64,000 bases of DNA from Spizellomyces punctatus DAOM BR117 (taxonomy: Eukaryota): assembly GCA_000182565.2 (NCBI GenBank), contig KQ257455.1; one strand, 5' to 3'. The notes below the pieces were generated by a model that saw nothing but the letters and a program-made list of their open reading frames with translations, was not told where the DNA came from and searched no databases. Both the position numbers and the translations under genes were made by a program. Position 1 is the first letter of the stretch. Each line of letters starts with the position of its first letter. Shown here one piece after another: positions 54,205-64,000 of the stretch.

Positions 54205-55131
54205 GGTGCGAAAGCCCTTATAATTGTGGTCAACCTGATGTGACCACACAAAACTACCTTAACAGGGGGGACCAAGTGTCCGGCCATTGTATTTATGTAC
54301 GCTATGGCGAAGCCAAAATGACTTTCTTGTCAGAAAAGTGGACGTCCGAAACTCAGCGACAAAAACCTTTTGGGCTGAAATATGCCACCCAGGAAAAACA
54401 ACAAGAGTTTGTGCTCCAGCGCAAATTTCGAACGTTTGTTTATTGCCTCGGAATTGGATTACCCGCCCTTCATAATAGCTAGCGATCGAGCGACAAGATT
54501 TCATGGCGAGCAGCTGAAACCTTACTTTGGCCAAGTCGGGCACTTTTTCTGTTTTTGCTGGACGGATTCCCCATTGAACACTTCAGCCCTTTTAGCGTTA
54601 CAAAGACGCGTCAAAGCAGCGAGAGATTTCAAACTCACGGCGAACGTTTTGTTCATCGTCGTCGCTTTTTCGTGTTCTTTTTATAATGAAAGGCGAAATT
54701 TGGGAGGCATTTCTGGTTGGTTCCCTGCAGATGTGGCAGAACGACTCGAGGCCCCGGGAAAGCCGGGTGTGGGGGTCGACCGCCTTCACCTGAGGAGAGT
54801 GCAACGATAATCAATGCTGTTGCGTCTCGACACACAAACCGACAAGTACACCATTGCACAGATCTTTAATGGAGTAGGCCTGTACGGATGTAAGCCCAAA
54901 CCCAAGCCGTCCTGCCGTCTCGTCGCCCAAAACGTTTCCTCACCTCGTGCGTTGAACACCCCCCACGAACGTCCGACGCTTCAAACTTGGCGTCCGAAAC
55001 GACATTGGAGTCGACTAAGCATTGTACTAAGCAGGTCACGTGGCTAATCTCGATTGCTTAGCAAACCTCTCACTTTTTTTGACGAAACCAGCTCGCTGAC
55101 TTTATAATTTCCTATATTCGAGCATTTAACA

Positions 55132-57760
55132 ATGGGCAAGGCCAAGAAGAGTACCAAAAAGTTTGTAAAGAACCATCTAAAGGATACCTTGGCCAGGAGA
55201 AAGAAGGCACAGCAGGCGAACAAGTACCGAAAGAAAAAGGACGACGCACCAACCCAAGATGTGCCAGAAGAAGCAGAGGTTTCCCCAGAGGAGTTGTCGA
55301 GTGACTCGGACACTGGTGGTTTCATGGATGGGGGATTGTTGAGTTCAGACTCTGAGGCAGAGAGCGGTGCTGAGTCGGACTCGGACATGGTTGATGATCT
55401 AGATGATTTGGAGGAGCTAGACGACGAGGAAGAAGAGTCAGACGCTGGTGTCGAAAGTGAGGGGATGGATGTTGATGACGATGATGATGATGACGATGAG
55501 GAATCAAGAGGAGATGGGAAGAGCTCAAAAAAGAGCGGTCTGAAGAAGAAGTTGAGGGAGGAAATCACGTCCCACAAGCGAGAGCTAGAAGAGCTGAAGG
55601 AGAAGGATCCAGAATTCTTCAAATTCTTACAAGAGAATGACCAAGAACTGTTAGATTTTGTGAATGAGGAAGAGGAAGTGGGCAGTGATGAAGAGGGTGA
55701 GGGAGACGTCGCAGATACGGAGGGAATGGATGTCGGTGATGAACTCGACGTAGAAGATGATGACGGGGTTACCGTGGTCACAAAGGAAATGATCGCCTCA
55801 TGGAGAGCGTCTATGGTCAACAAATATAGCTTGCGGGCTGTACGAAAAGCTCTGCTAGCTTTTCGTGCTGCAGCTGCCACTGGCGATCCTGACGAAGAGC
55901 AGACCTTTTCCTACAAAGTGGAAAATGGTGCAGTGTTCAACAACATCCTCCTACTATGCATAAAGCATGCACCATCCGTGTTCAACCATCATGCATTCGG
56001 CAGCGCCGATGGCGAGAAGCAACGGTTGGTTTCACACCCGATAATGACACATTCATGTATCTCAATCTTACACATATTTTGTCTTTCAGGAAGGGACTAC
56101 CATCAAACAGCTCCAAGTGGAAGAAGATACAACCCTTGGTTAAATCCTTTCTAACGAATCTCCTTCGAATTTTGAAATCCATGACGGACACCACCGTCAT
56201 AAAGTTTGTTCTCCGGGAATCTGATGGTTCAGCGCCGTACTTTGCATGCTTTCCAAAGCTTGGAAAAGATTATGTTAGGCAACTTTTGAAGTTTTGGACT
56301 TCCTCAGACGAGGAGATTCGCATTGTTTCATTCCTTTGCATTCGTCGCATCGCCATCGCAGCACCTACCCCATATCTCGACATGTGCCTTAAAGGCACGT
56401 ATCGCGCGTATACCGACCAGTCCCGTAACACGAGCATCCACACATGGGCAAGCATCAACTTCATGATCAACTGTATTGTGGAACTATGCGGTGTGCACAT
56501 TGCTACCACATACCAACATGCTTTCGTAAGCATTAGACAGTTGGCAATGCATCTTCGAACAGCTATCACAACCAAAACCAAAGAATCCTTCAAAGCCGTA
56601 TACAACTGGCAATACGTCCACAGTCTGCGACTATGGTCGAGGTTGCTCTGCACCTATTGCGACAAAACGAATCCCTTGGAATCCGTAGGCGGCAACGCCC
56701 TCCGACCGTTGATTTATCCTCTCGTTCAAGTTTCGATCGGTGTCATCAGATTGAAGCCATCCTCTAAATTCTTCCCTTTGCGTTTCCATTGCGTGCGGGC
56801 ATTGATTGAAATCATGCGCACAACGGGCACTTTCATTCCTGTCGCTTCCCATCTGTTTGAGATATTTGAGAGCACGGAGCTGAAAAGTAGGGCAAAACCC
56901 TCGACTCAAAAGCCATTGGACTTTACGCTTGCTATCAAAGCACCAAATTCCTACTTGGGAACACGACCATATCAAACCGGGCTTGTCGAGGAGATTGTGA
57001 ACCTCTTGTTCGATTTCTATGGGGCGTTTGCACTATCGGTATCATTCCCAGAGTTGGCTGTGCCTGCTATTCTTCAGGTATGAACCGGTTCATGCAATGT
57101 CTGGAGAGAGTAGTCACGTGGTATCTGACAAGACTATGACTTTGCTCTGCAGTTGAAGCGGTACGTCAAGAAATCCAAGAACCTACAAATCAATAAGCAG
57201 CTTCAGCAACTGGTTGAAAAGGTATGCATTCTCCCCAATACATCTTGGGTCGCTAAGATTCCCGCTAACGAATGAAATAACCGTTTGATATTGTTCACGT
57301 AGCTCGAGCAAAACAGTAAATTCATTCAAGATCGAAGATCACAAGTGGAGTTCAGTCCAAAGGACGAAGCTAAAGCAGTATGTGTTTCGGAGGGTCGCAA
57401 CCAGGCGGTGTCTCGAGCGATAACATTTTATGCTCCTTTCTCCTCTCGCAGGCCGCATTCCTCTCGGATATTGATCCCAACTTGTCTCCACTGTACAAAC
57501 ATAATGCGGCTCGGCAAGCGTTAAAGGAAAAAGAGGTGGCCAGGTTGCACGCGGAGGCGGCTGCAGCAGCGGCTAAGGAGGATGGCAAAGTGAAAGCGGC
57601 ACAGAAGCGCAACGCGAAAGGCAAGCCAAACGGACGTCACGCTGGTGAGGAAGACCCAGAGGATGATATGGTGGAGGACTTTGTATTAAGTGATGGAGAT
57701 GATGAAGAGGCGGAGGAGTATGAGATGGAGGAAGAGGATGAGAGCGAGGAAGAGGGTTAG
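55132..57760 (+). CDS. NOC2: Nucleolar complex protein 2, multi-exon
   Basis: MGKAKKSTKKF, acidic tract, LKEKDPEFFKFLQEND, VYNWQYVHSLRLW, FPLRFHC, SFPEL. Confidence 0.95.
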
Positions 57761-57905
57761 GAGGAGATGGACGAGGATGAGTAGATAGTTTGTACCATAG
57801 CTCATATAACCACCACAAGCGCAGTTCAAATCCAACAGCATAGGCGATAGGTTTTATCCAAAATGTATAATTATTAACATTGGTCACTACCATACAACAA
57901 TTACA

Positions 57906-60860
57906 CTACTCTACTAGTTTAACAACGTTTTTGTATTTGGCTTGTTCGTCAGAGAGCGCCTTAACCTTTTGAACGCTGCCCCCCAGCGCCTTTGTAAGAT
58001 AATCCAACCTGTCATTCACCTCCCTCTTCACTGTCCCATTACCGGCCAGCGGGTTCAGATTATTCATCTCTGCCGTACATTTGCGAATGTTCTCCTCTTC
58101 GTCGGCGATCAATTGCTTCGTGGTCATGATTCCCATGATGGCCGAAAGTCCCTCATCAGTTAGCATTTGGGAAAACGCTCTCCGATAAACAGGGCGACTT
58201 GCACGAAGTGAATATGGCCTTCCATTGTCGTAGCTCAACATGATGAGACCGGCCCGCTCCATCGCTTGAAGAGGACTTTCGTCTCCTTTGAACAAAGGGT
58301 GGAAACGCAGTTGGTCGTAAAGGACTTCATCATGTTTACTGAGGAGTTGCACGATCTTCCAGAATTGCACTGGCGTCCATTGGAGGCTTTTTTGATCTCC
58401 AACGTCTTCGCCGAGCCCAAGTTTTCGGATCTCGCTGACAGCTCGAAGGACAATCTCCAGATACGCATCTAATTACATGGTGTGAGATGTATGTAGGCGT
58501 GATTAGAAAGTGAGTAGCCACACTCACCATTTGGCGACATGCCAGCACGAATCTTTTGGATCAATAACTCCAGATCAGTTAATCGCCCACCGAGACCTTC
58601 CACGCATTGCTTAAGCTCCTCATCATTTACAGCTTCACCTAGCCTACGCCGGACGACCGACAGCGCACTGTCCGGGCTAGCATCGGAGAGAGACACCATT
58701 TCAATCGTCTTGTTCGGCATAGCTGTGTACAAACTCCATGAGACCGCGGGGAGACAAATAGTTGAAAAGACATGGTCATGGAGAAACTACCTTTGCTGAT
58801 CGTCTTGACTGCGGTCGGGTTGTCGGAAATTAAAATGACGTGCGCCTATCAAGTTGCTTTAGCACATTGCAATACATACGCGGACAGGTAATAGAACCAC
58901 CTACCAGATGATATTCTGCTGCAACTGCTGCCCACTATCTCCGAATATGTTAGACGCCGATATCGGCCTGTTAAAGGTGTTCCCGAACAGCTTACCTCAA
59001 CAAGAAGGTCATATATCATGCTATTCTTGGCCGTTTCATTGCCCAAAAAGCCGTCAATCACAATGACTGGGTACTCAACATCTGGAACGGGAGCCGCGAT
59101 AACTTCCTTCTGTTCCGCCGCAGCCTTGGCTGGCATGATGCCACCTCCATGCTCTTCCATACGTTGATGCAGGCGCTGTTCGGCAAGAATTTTATCCCGC
59201 GCTTGCTTTTGCTTCATTGTAATGCGTGTTACGGAAGCTGACAGCAACTCTAGCATTTTCCGAACTTGACCCTCGTTAGTAGTCGATAGTCCAGCTTTTG
59301 CACCGGTTGTGGCGGTGATCATAGTGTCGATCATACTGGACATTTGCACCAACCTAACGCAGAATGTTGAAATTAATCGATCGAGAACATTCGCATCCAC
59401 GGTGACCTACCAGTTAAACATTGGCTTGAAATTTATTTGAGCTGCAAGTCGGTTGAGCATGATATGTGGAGGCTGACCCGCTAAATCCTCGACATGAATC
59501 ACGAGCTTGTACTTTGAGTGCTCGAGTGCTTTGCGGACAAGCTGGCTCTTTCCGGATCCTTTTGGTCCTGTCACGAGGACGACTGTGTCTGGCGTTTGCC
59601 GTAAATGGTGCTGCAGTCTTGCCAAGTCGGCTTGTCGCTCTGTCCAAGCTTCCGCCGGCGGTACGACCTCACGCTGTTTATGACCCCAAATGGAGCCAAG
59701 CGTCGATGCGGTTGTTGTCCATAACTGCTCAGCGGCCCCAGTGTATTTTTCTAGGCTGAAGCGCCCGGTCAACTGATTTGTGATGAAAAACACACGAACC
59801 GGGTCGAAGACAACATAGGTAAGACCCGCGAGGAGACCAAGAAGCACTGGTACCGTAATCCGTGGATGGGATGCAATCCAATTCCATGTACTCTCCCAAG
59901 TCCGGCGGCGCCTTTCATAACTGATTCGAATGGTGGCATTCTCGATTTTCTCGCCATTGAGGCAATTCCTTGCACTTGTAGCCGAGCGAACTCTCATGTA
60001 CTCTACGAGTGCGTAACGTGGTAAATCCTTTACGTTTGGAGGCTGCAGGGTGATGTCAACGATTTTTCCGTACGGCCGAAACTCCTTATAAAGACCTTCT
60101 ATAGACACATCAGGCCCATTGAATTCTACTTTGACAACTTCCGATGGCAACCTTCCAATCATATCATCGACCCATGGACTACCCTTTACAGGAAACACTC
60201 GCACCATTTGCAAGTTCATCCATGACCGCAGGCCACGCTTTTCGATATGCGCCTTGATTGACTCCACTACCTCATCGACAGACCCTCCTTCGTAGCTAAA
60301 ATGTACAAATAAGCCGCCTTCTTTCCAATTTGGTGTCGCGCCGAGATATCGAAATTCGTGTGGGAAAGTAGTTGGAATCAGACGAGCGTTTGCTGCCTTT
60401 GCGGCATCATAGGCGTATTTCCGAACCCATATCCAACGAGGATCGTACTTCCAGTATCCTGCAGCAAAGTTTTGTATTAATATGGTTAACGAAAGGTAAA
60501 GTACTGGAAGTTGTTTTCGGTGCGGGGCGCGGGACATCATACATACTGATTGGAAAGATGTTGTCGAACCAAATGGTCCTTTTAATTGGAGCTGGGCGGG
60601 ACGCATCGGGAAACGAGGTTGTTGGTTCTATTGGCGGAGTGGCAGCAGGCAACTGCGAGCAGATACATTGTCATTACAACAAGTTCCACTATCAAGCGAA
60701 ACTCAGCCTGACTTACCTCATTCGACACAGAACGATTGGTGTGAAAGGGACGAAGGTCAAAGGAAGGGTTGGAGAGCCGTCCGAGCCGGGTAGAGAACAA
60801 TCCTGGATGATAATACGCTGGACGTCGCCTACACCGTAATATCGGCAACAATCGATGCAT
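57906..60860 (-). CDS. YME2: Mitochondrial escape protein 2 (RRM + RNA12 domain), multi-exon
   Basis: Arg-rich presequence, WFDNIFP, KEGGLFV, FRPYGKI...SATSARNCLNG, HPRITVP, GPKGSGKS, LGGRLTDLE. Confidence 0.92.
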
Positions 60861-61675
60861 TTGTGCAAGACCAACAAGTGGAAGATGGACGAAAAGCCCA
60901 GAGTTGAAATCGTCGAGTCATTGAAATCGGCGGTGACCTCATCACGAACTGCTCAGCGCGCAGTCACATTCAGTTGCTTTAACGGGTTAAATTAGCTTAT
61001 CACATGCTATTCTGTCCTAGATTTGGGGACTTTGTAAAGTTATATTTCTTACAGATCTTGTTGTGATTTTGCTTGTCTGAGGCATTGGATGTCACAGTAA
61101 AGAATTATACCTATCCAGCATCGAAGCCCAGTCTGGCTTTATCTGACCCTTCTTTAAAGATATCTACCGATCTAACTACATCAACACTTGTTCACACTCT
61201 AAAGGTAAAAGGATAGCAGCCGTAATGCTTGCTTTTTTAAGCGGTACGAGTACCTCTTTCAACCTTATACTGGACGATGAACAATGACAAGAGCGGCATT
61301 GCATTATCTTCTACGCCCTCCCCTGGCAGCGCATGTTTAAATGCTGGGAACCATGATTACGTGATCAGCAGATGGAGCAATATCACGTGAGATACTAAGC
61401 TTTATGCAGACAACTCGGGTGAACGAGACGAGGACGTTTCCAATTCTTGCCTTCTTCCAGCCGTCTATATTCGTGAGATCTAGGTGAGTGTCAACGTACG
61501 AGAGCGCATCCATCCATCCATCCATCTGTTTCCAGGTCGCTTTGGATGTGGAGAATGAAGACCTGTTGTGGACGATGTTGGCTGGTGCTGAGAGGAGGGA
61601 GGGGGTGGGGGGAGGGTGGAAGGGAAATTGGACATGTGGAGCATTTCAAATTGAATAGGGAACGATCATTTATAG

Positions 61676-62318
<643 letters not shown>

Positions 62319-62851
62319 GCGTGAATGATTTCGCTATTGGGGTGTTTAGTATGATGGTGGCTCGGGCGTCAAATGGGGAAAATAAAGGACCGTATAGTCC
62401 CTTCTGATGTACACATTTTTTCATATCCATAACATGTTCGAGTATGCCATCCTTTGTGTACCGGGTGTGCCGGTTTGTGTTCTACCGTAGGCGATAGCGT
62501 TGATGACCATGCGGCGGTTATTGAGCTGCCATGAGGCGAGCAGTTATCGTGCGCAGTGCATCCACAACAAGAGCGCAATAGTCAGCTGTGGCCGTAGATC
62601 ACGAGTGCCAACATTTGTCTATATATGGCATAAAGTTTGTGGCGTAGTTACTTTATGAGCTGCGCATCAAAGGCACAGTTGAGTTTGCAAATGTCGCGAG
62701 TTTGTGGTGAACTTCCGCGCAAACAAAACCTGGCGTGGATATTTTGTGCGTTGGGCAAGAAACCCACGGACGATGACAGCAACATAAGAAGGAAAACATT
62801 CGTTTCATCCTTTGTTACCTTACCCGCCAACTCTTACCTGCCATCATCGCC

Positions 62852-64000
62852 ATGTTTCCCATCAAACAACAAAACAATCACTACTGCTACAGGTTAGTTG
62901 ACTATTCGGCAACCTTGTTTTATGACATGCTCACTGGTAAACCTTACAGACACCGACCCGGATTTCAACGGGCAAACGATGTGCGAAAGCGTGAGGAGAT
63001 GAATAGGGTACCATGCCGGAGACGTACTTGCCTGTGCGTTGCCACTCGCTAACTTTCCCCGTGCTGGCACTTGCAGCGTCTTGCAGCTCTACCACAAAAG
63101 GACAGAAATACTGTGTCGCAGTTATGGTCGCTCTTTGCCGCCACCCAAAACTCTCTTCGACCGCTGATTCTCGACGGTATCCTTGACCACTGCTGTCTTC
63201 CGCAGCTCTCGTATATGTCCAGCGCCCTTGCTCCCTTGGTCAGGATCGACTTTGTAACCACCGCTCCTACTGAAATCGCAATCAGGATCCTGCAATACCT
63301 TGATGCAAAGTCCTTGTGTCATGCAGCACAAGTCAGCAAAGCGTGGAAGAAGGTGGCCGACGATGATATAATATGGCACCGCATGTGTGAACAGCATATT
63401 GACAAAAAGTGTAAAAAGTGTGGATGGGGCTTGCCGCTGTTGGACAAGAAGCGCAAAGCGGTTGCAATGACGGAAGGATCTGATAAGAGGCGGAGAACCG
63501 ACGAAATGGCGGGCTTGGCGGATTGCGCAGTGGAACAGCTTTCTCCCAAAGAGCAAGGTGGGTTGCATTGCGTTGTAGGTGGACAGGGCGCTGGGAANNN
63601 NNNNNNNNNNNNNNNNNNNNNNNNNNNNNNNNNNNNNNNNNNNNNNNNNNNNNNNNNNNNNNNNNNNNNNNNNNNNNNNNNNNNNNNNNNNNNNNNNCAA
63701 ATAGGTACATCAGGATGTCAGATATCATCAAGGGAACGCGGAGCCATCGTCTCGACGAATGTACAAACGGCCATGGAAGGAGATTTACGCCGAGCGTCTA
63801 GTGGTGGAACGAAACTGGAGACGAGCTAATTACACGCAGCGCGAGCTAAAAGGGCACACCGACAGTGTGATGGCCCTTCACTATGATGAATGTCGATCGC
63901 TACTCGTGACAGGATCCTATGACTACAGTATCCGAGTATGGAACACAGATACGATGGAATGCATAAAAGTGCTGACGGGACACACTAGATGTGTACGCGG
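62852..64000 (+). CDS. MET30: Met30/SconB-like F-box/WD40 sulfur regulator (partial; crosses the assembly gap)
   Basis: Spliced YCYRHRP, CCLPQLS, F-box RIDF...EIAIRILQYLDAKSLCHAAQVSKAW, MCEQHIDKKCKKCGWGLPLL, WKEIYAER...ERNW, WD40 GHTDSV. Confidence 0.88.
63598..63697. other. Assembly gap (100 N)
   Basis: Run of n characters. Confidence 1.

Noticed and set aside
55044-55880. 278-aa Ser-rich minus-strand ORF
   Set aside because: Antisense shadow of the NOC2 acidic GAT/GAA tract.

Overview
Gene-dense, intron-rich eukaryotic DNA with short GT-AG introns (mostly 50-100 nt). The gene content points to an early-diverging fungus, probably a chytrid; this is an inference. About 30 protein-coding genes can be reconstructed, many in head-to-head pairs. 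They include PAF1 (partial), an ICE2/NARG2-like gene, ADE16, PI-PLC, MCM5, TRAP-alpha, RPL38, SWD1, RPP2, an ABCG half-transporter, a PAS-GATA factor, SYM1, a PDI, an F-box/WD40 gene, RPE1, THS1, MED21, FAR11, CTF8, a paraoxonase-like gene, a chitin deacetylase, NOC2, YME2, ubiquitin-RPL40 and MET30 (partial, spanning an N gap). The most interesting items are: (1) an H/ACA snoRNA divergent from RPL38 with a recognisable LSU rRNA pseudouridylation guide; (2) a TATA-driven, highly structured ~260-nt ncRNA candidate of unknown class; (3) a ubiquitin with paired Q24/D53 substitutions; (4) a homolog of the animal Little Elongation Complex subunit ICE2 fused to a CCCH finger; (5) an accessory-looking patch with a broken RING gene and an intronless ABCG; (6) an intron whose 3' end duplicates the start of the next exon. 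Gene spans include introns, and exon boundaries were read by eye.
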